Shown: positions 9,774 to 18,385 of the stretch, piece after piece
Layout: each line of letters starts with the position of its first letter
Numbering within the stretch: the first letter of the stretch is position 1
Origin: an uncultured Candidatus Saccharibacteria bacterium
Lineage (GTDB): Bacteria > Patescibacteriota > Andersenbacteria > UBA10190
Assembly (NCBI GenBank): GCA_964359735.1
Contig: CAYHTZ010000003.1
Location: forward strand, 21,993 to 85,992
Length of the DNA: 64,000 nucleotides
Direction of reading: 5' to 3'
Program-made: the position numbers and the translations under genes
The notes under the pieces: model-generated
Seen by the model: the letters and a program-made list of their open reading frames with translations, nothing else
What the model was told of the DNA's origin: nothing
Databases searched by the model: none

Positions 9774-11651
9774 ATGCGAAACATTAGTACAAATGAGCTG
9801 CGGGAACTCTACCAGCAATTCTTTGAGGGCAAAGGCCATACGCGGATTCCCAGCGCTCCGCTGGTGCCGGAGAACGACCCGACCACCCTTTTTACAGGAT
9901 CGGGAATGCAACCGCTCGTTCCGTACCTTTTAGGAGAGCCACACCCGCAAGGGAAGCGTCTCGTGAATTCGCAGAAATCATTTCGAGCCGAAGATATCGA
10001 GGAAATTGGTGACAACCGCCACACGACGTTTTTTGAAATGTTGGGCAACTGGTCACTCGGCGACTACTTCAAAGAAGAGCAGCTGTCGTGGATATTTGAG
10101 TTTTTGACTGAGGTGGTGGAGTTGGATCCCAGAAATTTATACGTAACTGTTTTTGCTGGCGATAAGAAAGCAAACATTCCCCGAGATACGGAATCCGTGG
10201 AAATTTGGAAGCGCTTGTTTCAAGAGAAGGGAATAGAAGCTCGTGACAGTGAGCTTCTCACTCCCCAGCAAGGAGGGCGGGAAGGCATGCAAGGAGGAAG
10301 AATTTTTTATTTCGGCGCTAGCAAAAATTGGTGGAGCAGAGCCGGACTCCCAGAGAACATGCCTCCCGGCGAGCCGGGCGGACCTGACTCCGAAATTTTC
10401 TATGATTTTGGAGCAGAGCATAATAGCGCTTTTGGCGAGCATTGCCATCCCAACTGCGATTGTGGCCGATTTATGGAAATTGGGAACTCTGTTTTCATGG
10501 AGTTTGTGAAACAGGCGGATGGCAGTTTTGTCTCTCTTCCTCAGAAAAACGTTGACTTCGGCGGCGGACTGGAGCGTATGGTGGCGGCGGCCCAACACAC
10601 TCCAGATATTTTTTCCGCGGTTGATCCATTGCGAGCGATCATTGAGCACATTGAGAACACGACTCACACCACCTATCAGAGCTCCGCGAACAAGGCTTCC
10701 TACCGGATCATGGCGGACCATATGCGTGCGGTGACGCTCCTTATCGGTGATGGCGTAGCTCCCTCGAACACGGATCGAGGATACGTGGTGCGTCGGTTGA
10801 TTCGACGCGCCGCGTACCACGCCCAGAAGCTAGCGGCTGAGGATGCTATCATCCAGCGGCTGGCCAACGTGGTCGCCGACCAATATGCCTCTGCCTACCC
10901 AGATGTAAAAAAACAATCGCGTCAGGTGGGGCACGCTATTCGGGAGGAAGTGCAAAAGTTTGGCGTGAGCTTGCGGCGGGCGCTAGTCAAGCTGGAGACC
11001 ATCTTAAACAAAGAATCGGGAATTTCTGGAGCAGAGATCTTCGAACTCAACACTGCCCATGGACTGCCACTCGATGCGATTTGGGATCGTCTCAAAGAGA
11101 GGAATATTCCCATCGGCTCAGGTGTTCAGGAGGACGTTCGGCGTAGGATTGCCGACCACCGGGAGAAATCCCGCACAGCGGGGACAGGGAAGTTTAAAGG
11201 AGGACTGGCTGACCACTCGGAAAAATCTGTCCACTACCACACGGCCACGCATTTGCTGCACCAGGCGCTGCGGGACGTGCTGGGAGAACATGTCTTTCAA
11301 AAGGGTAGCAATATTACGCCCGAGAGGCTCCGATTCGACTTTTCGCACACGGACAAAATGACACCCGACCAAATTCAGAAAATAGAAAACCTGGTGAACC
11401 AGAAAATCCAGGAGGATTTGCTCGTCCTCCGCGAGGAGACGACAGTCGCGGAAGCGAAGCAGAAGGGGGCGCTGGGCTTATTTGAAGAAAAGTATGCCGA
11501 CCGTGTGAGTGTATACTCTATGGGGAATTACTCCTGCGAAATTTGCGGGGGTCCGCATGTGGCACACACGGGGGAGTTGGGTCATTTCAAGATTACGAAG
11601 GAAGAGTCTGCCGGGGCTGGTGTACGCCGGATAAAAGCCGTATTAGAGTAG
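9774..11651 (+). CDS. alaS: Alanine--tRNA ligase (short form without C-Ala domain)
   Basis: DPTTLFTGSGMQP, HTTFFEMLGNWSLGDYFK, HTATHLLH and CGGPH editing motifs; ends at GVRRIKA. Confidence 0.95.
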   Translation: MRNISTNELRELYQQFFEGKGHTRIPSAPLVPENDPTTLFTGSGMQPLVPYLLGEPHPQGKRLVNSQKSFRAEDIEEIGDNRHTTFFEMLGNWSLGDYFKEEQLSWIFEFLTEVVELDPRNLYVTVFAGDKKANIPRDTESVEIWKRLFQEKGIEARDSELLTPQQGGREGMQGGRIFYFGASKNWWSRAGLPENMPPGEPGGPDSEIFYDFGAEHNSAFGEHCHPNCDCGRFMEIGNSVFMEFVKQADGSFVSLPQKNVDFGGGLERMVAAAQHTPDIFSAVDPLRAIIEHIENTTHTTYQSSANKASYRIMADHMRAVTLLIGDGVAPSNTDRGYVVRRLIRRAAYHAQKLAAEDAIIQRLANVVADQYASAYPDVKKQSRQVGHAIREEVQKFGVSLRRALVKLETILNKESGISGAEIFELNTAHGLPLDAIWDRLKERNIPIGSGVQEDVRRRIADHREKSRTAGTGKFKGGLADHSEKSVHYHTATHLLHQALRDVLGEHVFQKGSNITPERLRFDFSHTDKMTPDQIQKIENLVNQKIQEDLLVLREETTVAEAKQKGALGLFEEKYADRVSVYSMGNYSCEICGGPHVAHTGELGHFKITKEESAGAGVRRIKAVLE

Positions 11652-11655
11652 ATAT

Positions 11656-13020
11656 ATGCGGGATATTCGACCGGTACCTAAAAAACCTCCACTCGGAGGC
11701 ATGCCGCTGCCCAGCGAAGATGAGCTCTATGAAGTATCGCAATCGGCGAAGCAGCGGGGAAGCGAGCGAGCTTCAGTGCCAAGTAAAGCGCTGCGCGGGT
11801 CGCAAGTGCCGGTAACGAATGTGCACGTACCCGCTGAACCATCCCGGCCCCTGTTTGCGAAGGCACCACTCAGGGAGAAGAAACCTAAAACTCGCATCCG
11901 GCTGGGGAGCAAGGAGCGAGCGGCGGTATTAGTCCTCCTTTTAATTGTCGTGGTGGTGGTTTTGCTCAGTGCGGCTATTTTTTTGCCGCGAGCAGACGTT
12001 AAATTGATTTTACGAACGGCACCTCTTTTAGTGGATGAAGACCTGATTGTCCGCGCGGCGGCGGACGGCCCGAATGTTATTCCCGGAGCAACTTTTTTCC
12101 GACAGGTGTCAGTAGAAGGAACTGTCCCGGTCGAAAGTACCGAAATCGTGGGTACGAAGGCGACGGGCACGGTGCAGATTGTAAATCGCACTACTCAAGA
12201 GCAAAAAATCCGCGACAGAAGCCGGCTCATGACGAAAGAAGGGGTACTTTTTTACATGACACGGCATGTCATAGTTGCGCCGGACTCAAGAGCCAGCGTG
12301 GAAGTGGAGGCGGCCGAGGCGGGAGAAGTGGGGAATATTGCGCCGCAGCGGCTTAACTTTGCCGCACTCGACGCCTCGGCTCAGTCGGTAGTGTATGCCG
12401 AAGCAACCGCGGCCATCTCCGGCGGCAAGGGCGAGGAAGTGCGTGTGGTGCGTGAAGAAGATATTGAACGAGCCAGGATAGCCGCCAAAGAAGCCGCCCG
12501 CGCCAAGGTCCAAGAAGAAATTCAAAAAGAACTGCCCAGCGGCTGGGTGCTCCTGGAAGAGAGTTGGACAGCTGATTACGACTCTTTCAAGACAGACGGT
12601 GAGGTAGGCAGCCGGCAACCACAAATTGCTTACTCAGGCAATGCCACGGTACGCGTCTTAGGCTATGAATCAGCCAGGTTAGAAGAGCGTCTCCGCGCTG
12701 CGTTGGAAGAGAGGATCGACCAGGATTACGCGCTCTTCCCGGGGCCAATTTCCTACTCGAAAACAGTGAAAAGCGTGGATTGGGAGAAGGGAGAAGGGGT
12801 AATCGCGACCCGCGTCACCCACACTACGATTCCTGATTTTTCTTTAGAAACTCTCAAGGGGAAAATTGCGCGGCGTGGCGCAGATGAGGCGAAAACGTAC
12901 CTCGAAGGGCTTCCCGGGGTGCAGCGGGTAGAGCTGGCTTTTTCACCCTTCTGGGTGCGTTCGATCCCACGGATTGAAAAGCGAATTAACCTGGAAGTGA
13001 TCCCGGAGCGCCAGCCCTAA
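11656..13020 (+). CDS. Membrane-anchored baseplate J/gp47-like domain protein
   Basis: Single TM, then KATGTVQIVN...VEVEAAEAGEVGNI...AISGG...VREEDIE and SPFWVRSIP; no phage neighbours. Confidence 0.65.
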   Translation: MRDIRPVPKKPPLGGMPLPSEDELYEVSQSAKQRGSERASVPSKALRGSQVPVTNVHVPAEPSRPLFAKAPLREKKPKTRIRLGSKERAAVLVLLLIVVVVVLLSAAIFLPRADVKLILRTAPLLVDEDLIVRAAADGPNVIPGATFFRQVSVEGTVPVESTEIVGTKATGTVQIVNRTTQEQKIRDRSRLMTKEGVLFYMTRHVIVAPDSRASVEVEAAEAGEVGNIAPQRLNFAALDASAQSVVYAEATAAISGGKGEEVRVVREEDIERARIAAKEAARAKVQEEIQKELPSGWVLLEESWTADYDSFKTDGEVGSRQPQIAYSGNATVRVLGYESARLEERLRAALEERIDQDYALFPGPISYSKTVKSVDWEKGEGVIATRVTHTTIPDFSLETLKGKIARRGADEAKTYLEGLPGVQRVELAFSPFWVRSIPRIEKRINLEVIPERQP

Positions 13021-13026
13021 GGGAAT

Positions 13027-13055
13027 TTGACAGCCCGGAGGCTTCTCCTTATAGT
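13027..13055 (+). promoter_or_regulatory. Sigma70 promoter of the infA-rpsM-rpoA cluster
   Basis: TTGACA (13027-13032), 17 bp, TATAGT (13050-13055). Confidence 0.75.
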
Positions 13056-13100
13056 GCTTCTATCTGCATTACAAGCTTTTGGGTTGAAGCAGAGGAAAGA

Positions 13101-13132
13101 GCTTATGCTCTTCGACTCCGCTCAGAGTAAGC
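13101..13132. repeat. REP-like imperfect hairpin (CTTCGAC..GCTCAG type)
   Basis: GCTTATGCTCTTCGACTCCGCTCAGAGTAAGC; related to 23822-23846. Confidence 0.6.
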
Positions 13133-13171
13133 CCGCTTGAAGTGCGGGTAATTTAATTTTAAGTACCCAGT

Positions 13172-13390
13172 CTGCCTAAAAGCGATTTCGTAGAGATTGA
13201 GGGGGTAATCACCGATACTCTTCCCAGCACGCAATTCCGCGTCAAGCTGGAAACAGGACAAGAAGTGATTGCCCATCTTTCCGGTAAGATGCGCCTTCAT
13301 AGAATCCGGGTTCTGCCTGGGGACCGCGTACGGGTCGCTTTCTCGCCGTACGATCTTACTAAAGGGAGAATTGTCAGCAGACTAGAGTGA
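13172..13390 (+). CDS. infA: Translation initiation factor IF-1 (CTG start; missing from ORF track)
   Basis: Manual translation [72 protein letters not shown]; in-frame TAA at 13160-13162. Confidence 0.93.
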   Translation: MPKSDFVEIEGVITDTLPSTQFRVKLETGQEVIAHLSGKMRLHRIRVLPGDRVRVAFSPYDLTKGRIVSRLE

Positions 13391-13392
13391 TT

Positions 13393-13506
13393 ATGAAAGT
13401 GCAAGCTTCCGTTAAAAGACGTTGTACGAAGTGCAAAATTGTCCGCCGCAGCGGCAAGTTGTACGTGATTTGCGACAATCCTAAACATAAGCAAAGACAG
13501 GGATAG
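13393..13506 (+). CDS. rpmJ: 50S ribosomal protein L36 (Zn-binding type; missing from ORF track)
   Basis: [37 protein letters not shown]. Confidence 0.97.
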   Translation: MKVQASVKRRCTKCKIVRRSGKLYVICDNPKHKQRQG

Positions 13507-13508
13507 CT

Positions 13509-13901
13509 ATGCCAGTCCGTATTTCAGGAATTAACCTCCCCGACCAGAAGCGCATCGAAATTGCGCTCATGAGTATTTACGGTATCGGCCGAAAATTATC
13601 TGGCGCAATTTTACAGGAACTGGCGATTGACCCGAATGCTAAAACGCGCGATCTCACTTCTACCGAAGAACACAAGCTGCGCGAATACATCGAGAAAAAC
13701 CTCAAAGTTGAAGGAGACCTCAAGCGGGAGGTCGCCATGAATGTGAAGCACTTAAAAGATATCGGCAGCTTGCGCGGCACGCGGCACGCGAAACACCTAC
13801 CCGTACGCGGGCAGCGTACCCGCACGAATTCCCGCACGGTACGCGGCAACGTCAGGCGAACCGCCGGCAGCGGCCGTAAGGCATCGGCAGAAAAGACATA
13901 A
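13509..13901 (+). CDS. rpsM: 30S ribosomal protein S13
   Basis: RISGINLP, IYGIG, LPVRGQRTRTNSRT. Confidence 0.97.
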   Translation: MPVRISGINLPDQKRIEIALMSIYGIGRKLSGAILQELAIDPNAKTRDLTSTEEHKLREYIEKNLKVEGDLKREVAMNVKHLKDIGSLRGTRHAKHLPVRGQRTRTNSRTVRGNVRRTAGSGRKASAEKT

Positions 13902-13902
13902 T

Positions 13903-14292
13903 ATGGCAGAACCGAAGACAAAGAAAAAGGCAAAGGCACGACGCAAAGTTCGTGAAGGGAAGGTATTTATCCAATCCACGTATAACAATACGATTGTGAC
14001 GGTAACCGATACCTCTGGAAACGTGTTGGTCTCAAGCAGCGCCGGCCGGGTGGGATTCTCGGGGGCAAGAAAGGCAACGCCCTTTGCCGCACAGCAGGTA
14101 GTAACCAATATCGTGGAGCAGCTTCAGCCCATTGGACTGGAAGAAGTGCGTGTGTATGTGAAAGGCATCGGTTCGGCTCGCGAAGCGGCTGTGCGCAGCC
14201 TCTCCGGGGCCGGCCTCACTATTGCTTCAATTCGGGATATTACGCCGATTCCTCACAACGGGGTACGGCCTAAGAAACGACGGAGGGTATAA
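13903..14292 (+). CDS. rpsK: 30S ribosomal protein S11
   Basis: STYNNTIVT, KATPFAA, DITPIPHNGVRP. Confidence 0.97.
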   Translation: MAEPKTKKKAKARRKVREGKVFIQSTYNNTIVTVTDTSGNVLVSSSAGRVGFSGARKATPFAAQQVVTNIVEQLQPIGLEEVRVYVKGIGSAREAAVRSLSGAGLTIASIRDITPIPHNGVRPKKRRRV

Positions 14293-14293
14293 T

Positions 14294-14812
14294 ATGCCGC
14301 TTCCCACTCAACAACACCAACGGCGGCGCCCCACCAGCAGATACGCACAGCAAATGCTGGAAAAGCAATCCTTAAAAGAAATTTACGGGCTGAGAGAAGA
14401 GCAGCTCAAGACATACTACCGCCAGGCGCTCTCCGCTCGCGGGGAAACCGGCCCATACATCATTCGGATGCTGGAGAGGCGGTTGGATAACGCTGTCTTT
14501 CGCTCGGGGATTGCACAAACCCGCCCACAAGCGCGGCAAATGGTGACACACGGGTTGTTCTTGGTAAATGGGCGCGGGGCGGATATCCCTTCCCGTCGGC
14601 TTACAGTAGGAGATGTGATCGCCATTAAAGAAGGGAAGCGCAAGAAAGCATTATTCGATAATTTCGAAAAGCGCATGCAGGGCGCGCGCCTCCCGAACTG
14701 GCTGGCGCTCGATGTAAAAGGGTACGGCTTCAAGGTAGTCGGCGAGCCGGCTCCAGAGGAAGCGGCTATCGGCGTGGATATTCGCGCCGTCGTGGAATTC
14801 TTCGCACGTTAA
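14294..14812 (+). CDS. rpsD: 30S ribosomal protein S4 (N-terminally short)
   Basis: YAQQMLEKQ, LERRLDNAVFR, ARQMVTHG; ATG 14294 follows the rpsK stop. Confidence 0.93.
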   Translation: MPLPTQQHQRRRPTSRYAQQMLEKQSLKEIYGLREEQLKTYYRQALSARGETGPYIIRMLERRLDNAVFRSGIAQTRPQARQMVTHGLFLVNGRGADIPSRRLTVGDVIAIKEGKRKKALFDNFEKRMQGARLPNWLALDVKGYGFKVVGEPAPEEAAIGVDIRAVVEFFAR

Positions 14813-14838
14813 TTTTTAATTTCTTAACACAAGCTCTT

Positions 14839-15816
14839 ATGTTGTACCCCATCTACCTCCCCTCCCATGTGGAAATTGAGGATCACGGGAACTCCTCAGC
14901 CACCTTTACTATTCACCCATACCACCCTGGCTACGGGCCCACGGTGGCCAATGCGCTCCGGCGCGTACTGCTCTCCTCCCTTCCCGGGGCGGCCATCACC
15001 TCTATAAAAGTTGAGGGGGTTGACCATGAATTCACCACGATTCCAGGCATTAAAGAAGATATCGTGAGTCTCATCATGAACTTAAAACGCGTGCGGCTCA
15101 AAACTGAGTTGGAATCTCCAGTGGAAATCCGCCTCATAGTCTCGGGGGAGAAGCGGGCTACCGCTGGTGACTTTGAAACCCCACCCGAAGTTACGGTTGT
15201 GAACAAAGACCAACTCGTTGCGACGTTGACTGATAGCAAGGCTAAGCTTGAACTGCGCTGTACGGTGGAAGCAGGCCGCGGGTACCTCCCGGTTGAGGAA
15301 CGACGCGATGAGGCGCGGGCGATCGGCACGATTGCCATTGATGCGGTATTTACACCCGTGCAGAGAGTGAGCTTCAAAATTGAAAATGTGCGTGTTGGCC
15401 AAGACACGAACTACCATAAACTGCACCTGACCGTAGTCACCGACGGCACTATTACACCCCAGCAAGCATTACAACAGGCGGCATCTGTTTTGACGGACCA
15501 TTTCCAAGATTTAACTGGGGACTTTGCGGCGCGCCTCACTGCCTCGCGTCCTCAGGATGTTGTGCAGCCAGCACCGCTCCCAGAGATGAAGGAGCCGGAA
15601 AACACTTTGAGTCTGCTGCAGCTGCCTTCCCGCGTGCACAATGCACTCGAGCGAGTGGGAGTCACCACCGTAGAGCAAGTCTTGGAGCTTACCCCCGAAC
15701 AAATTCAGGATATTCCCGGGCTCGGCGCTAAGGCTGTAGACGACATTGCGAAGGCGCGGGACAGCTATGTGGCTACGGGAGGAAATGTATTTGGAGGCGC
15801 CAGCCATGAAGCATAA
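14839..15816 (+). CDS. rpoA: RNA polymerase alpha subunit
   Basis: GYGPTVANALRRVLLSS, HEFTTIPG, IDAVFTPV; alpha-CTD LPSRVHNAL. Confidence 0.97.
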   Translation: MLYPIYLPSHVEIEDHGNSSATFTIHPYHPGYGPTVANALRRVLLSSLPGAAITSIKVEGVDHEFTTIPGIKEDIVSLIMNLKRVRLKTELESPVEIRLIVSGEKRATAGDFETPPEVTVVNKDQLVATLTDSKAKLELRCTVEAGRGYLPVEERRDEARAIGTIAIDAVFTPVQRVSFKIENVRVGQDTNYHKLHLTVVTDGTITPQQALQQAASVLTDHFQDLTGDFAARLTASRPQDVVQPAPLPEMKEPENTLSLLQLPSRVHNALERVGVTTVEQVLELTPEQIQDIPGLGAKAVDDIAKARDSYVATGGNVFGGASHEA

Positions 15817-16174
15817 ACATGGCAATCGAATACTGAGCCGAGTGGCGGCCGACCGCCGACAGCTTCTCTCAAACTTAGCCGGAGCGGTACTTCGCCATGG
15901 TTCAATTGTGACCAGCGAAGCGAAGGGAAAGGAGCTCAAGAAGTTCCTCGAACCGCTGATTACCAAGGCCCGAAAGGGGACCAGTCTGCACGTCAGACGG
16001 AAACTCTTGAGCAGTCTCTTTCATCAAGAAGACGTAGAGCGGCTTTTTGCAGTGGCTCGTGCCAATGCGGAGAGAGCAGGGGGGTATTTGAGACTGACCC
16101 GCCTGCCGGCGCGGCGCGGGGATGACGGGCAAGAGGTACGAGTTGACATCATTGATACCGAAGCGAAAGAATAA
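15806..16174 (+). CDS. rplQ: 50S ribosomal protein L17
   Basis: MKHKHGNRILSR, IVTSEAKGKEL, GGYLRL, RRGDDG. Confidence 0.95.
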   Translation: MKHKHGNRILSRVAADRRQLLSNLAGAVLRHGSIVTSEAKGKELKKFLEPLITKARKGTSLHVRRKLLSSLFHQEDVERLFAVARANAERAGGYLRLTRLPARRGDDGQEVRVDIIDTEAKE

Positions 16175-16182
16175 AGGTTTTT

Positions 16183-16638
16183 ATGGCTACGAAGAAACAA
16201 GGTAGGCAGGAGGCCAAACACCATGAGGCGGCGGCTGACACATCCGAATGGCATCTTCTAGATGCCAAAAACAAGATTCTCGGACGGCTCGCCAGCGAAG
16301 TGGCTCATCTCCTCTTGGGCAAGCACCGCGCTGATTTTGCCAAACATGTTATCCCCTCTGTGAATGTGATAGTGATTAACGCTAAAGACGTGGCTGTCAC
16401 AGGCCGCAAGGAAACGCAAAAGCTCTACCGCCACCATACGGGGTACCCAGGGCATCTCAAGGAGCGGACGCTGGCGGAACAGCGTAGGCGCGACCCACGC
16501 CGGATTGTGCAACTGGCTGTGCAAGGGATGCTGCCGAAAAATGGCTTGCGCAAAGCGCGCATGAGCCATCTCAAGGTATACGCCGGGGCTGAGCACCCGC
16601 ATATGGCCCAAGTCGAAAAAGTAGTAAGTAGTAAGTAG
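16183..16638 (+). CDS. rplM: 50S ribosomal protein L13
   Basis: WHLLDA, LGRLAS, HTGYPG, GMLPKN. Confidence 0.97.
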   Translation: MATKKQGRQEAKHHEAAADTSEWHLLDAKNKILGRLASEVAHLLLGKHRADFAKHVIPSVNVIVINAKDVAVTGRKETQKLYRHHTGYPGHLKERTLAEQRRRDPRRIVQLAVQGMLPKNGLRKARMSHLKVYAGAEHPHMAQVEKVVSSK

Positions 16639-16648
16639 TAAGTATCAA
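16621..16648 (+). repeat. Heptamer tandem repeat (GTAGTAA)x3 + GTATCAA across the rplM stop
   Basis: Read directly. Confidence 0.8.
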
Positions 16649-16651
16649 GCT

Positions 16652-17047
16652 ATGGTAGAGAAATCACAATTATATGGATTAGGCAGGCGTAAGACGGCGA
16701 TTGCTAAAGTTGTCCTCGTCCCTGATGCAGAAGAGCGCACTGTCAACGGCCAACCTTTTTTGAATTATTTCCCCACGATTAGCATGCAGCAGCGGGCTTT
16801 GCTTCCCTTGAACGTAACTTCCCAAGAAGCAAAATTTGGTTTTCAGGTCAAGGTGGTCGGTGGCGGCAAACACGGCCAAGCCGATGCAGTCCGGCTTGGG
16901 ATTGCTCGGGCGCTCCTTAAAGTTGACGAAGGTTGGCGTAAGCAACTCCGGGCGTCTGGCCTCTTAACCCGCGACCCGCGCGCTAAAGAGCGCAAGAAAC
17001 CCGGCTTAAAACGCGCTCGCCGCGCTCCACAGTTCAGCAAGCGGTAG
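16652..17047 (+). CDS. rpsI: 30S ribosomal protein S9
   Basis: GRRKTA, GGGKHGQA, RDPRAKERKKPG, PQFSKR. Confidence 0.97.
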   Translation: MVEKSQLYGLGRRKTAIAKVVLVPDAEERTVNGQPFLNYFPTISMQQRALLPLNVTSQEAKFGFQVKVVGGGKHGQADAVRLGIARALLKVDEGWRKQLRASGLLTRDPRAKERKKPGLKRARRAPQFSKR

Positions 17048-17062
17048 AGGCCCGCACAATCA

Positions 17063-18385
17063 TCACTCAAGCACCAGACGCGCTCGCACCAGCGAAGTTA
17101 CTCCGGTAGGGTTGCGTTTCAGGTAGTAGAGCCGCTCTCCGTCCTCACCTACGGCGACGGCCGCGTCACTCAAATTGGTAGAGTCAATGACATGGCTTTG
17201 CGCATGATCGCGCGTGTCAATTTCAGTTAGCACAACCTGATCTCCTACTTGGTAGATTAAGTGTTGCCCGCCGGCAAACCACTGGGGATGGCGAATGATT
17301 TGTGAAAGGCGAGTGACTAAATGTAGGCGGTGAGCGGGCACATGGGATAAGCGTTCGTCGCTGATATTGTAGACTACCAGCTCATTGGGAGCTGTCTGTA
17401 TGTACAAAAGTTGGCCATCGGGCGAGAACCCGAGTGAGGAGGCAGAGGCGACGAGAGGCTGGAATTTGTCTTCCTCCAACAGCTCGACACTGCCGTCGGC
17501 GTACCAAACTGCAGTACGATCCTCCGGAGAAGTGATCAGGCGCGCGACCGGCCGGGTGAGTTTCACACTTGGTCCGCCGACGGCTTCGCCAAGGAGCGTA
17601 AGCCGCCTGATCTCTTGGCTGGCCGTAGCTATGTATATTTCTTGCTTACTGAGAGAAAAGACGGACACGTTTTCGGCTATGATATGTTGCTGTCCAGTAC
17701 TGCTATCATAGGCACGAAGTACCTTCTGAGAAGTCAGAAAAAGGAGTTTCCCCGGAGTCCGCGGATCCCAGGCAATGGCGTCAGGAGACGCCAAAGTAGG
17801 AAGAGGCAACGTATGCCGTGCGCCCTCCGTCAGGGAAATAAGATCGAAGCGACTATTTGAATAGCTCACCAAGAGCAGCGTGCTATCCGGCGACCACAAA
17901 AGACTTCGCGGAGTAGCCAGCAGCTTCAGTGGGGGCAGGATCAAGTCATGATCTTCATCTTGCACAGCCAGGGTATCCTTCTCGGTTGAGGCCACGAGAG
18001 CCCGACTGGGGGACAACGTAAAATGGGTGGTGTTGGGAACAAACTCCTCTGAGGAAACTGCTTCCGGAATGAGCCTGATTGCCCGGGCTTCGCTCGTGAT
18101 ACCGGTCACCAAGGGCAGGCGCTTTCCCCAGGGGCGGTACCCCTCATGCTCTATCGCGACATCTACGACTACGCCTCCGCGCCCTGAGACGGTATACGGA
18201 GTAGTGCCTTGGTAGGTACCATCCACGAGCACCCGTGCCCCACTGGGGATTGACTCCAGTAGCAAGACCCCTACGCGTTCACTGGCCGGGCGAAAGCCCA
18301 AGGCGTAGAACACGACCGCCGGCGTTATCAAAATAAACACCACGAAACACACGGCGAGGAGGAAGAGGCGGAAACGTCGATTCAT
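17063..18385 (-). CDS. PEGA domain plus beta-propeller-like membrane-anchored protein
   Basis: N-terminal TM, ESIPSGARVLVDG..GTTP (PEGA), repeated WSPDS/WDP/FSPDG blades. Confidence 0.75.
   Translation of the reverse strand: MNRRFRLFLLAVCFVVFILITPAVVFYALGFRPASERVGVLLLESIPSGARVLVDGTYQGTTPYTVSGRGGVVVDVAIEHEGYRPWGKRLPLVTGITSEARAIRLIPEAVSSEEFVPNTTHFTLSPSRALVASTEKDTLAVQDEDHDLILPPLKLLATPRSLLWSPDSTLLLVSYSNSRFDLISLTEGARHTLPLPTLASPDAIAWDPRTPGKLLFLTSQKVLRAYDSSTGQQHIIAENVSVFSLSKQEIYIATASQEIRRLTLLGEAVGGPSVKLTRPVARLITSPEDRTAVWYADGSVELLEEDKFQPLVASASSLGFSPDGQLLYIQTAPNELVVYNISDERLSHVPAHRLHLVTRLSQIIRHPQWFAGGQHLIYQVGDQVVLTEIDTRDHAQSHVIDSTNLSDAAVAVGEDGERLYYLKRNPTGVTSLVRARLVLE

Noticed and set aside
11656-13020. 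Prophage or contractile injection system
   Set aside because: No other phage or tail genes, integrase or att repeats; flanked by alaS and ribosomal genes.
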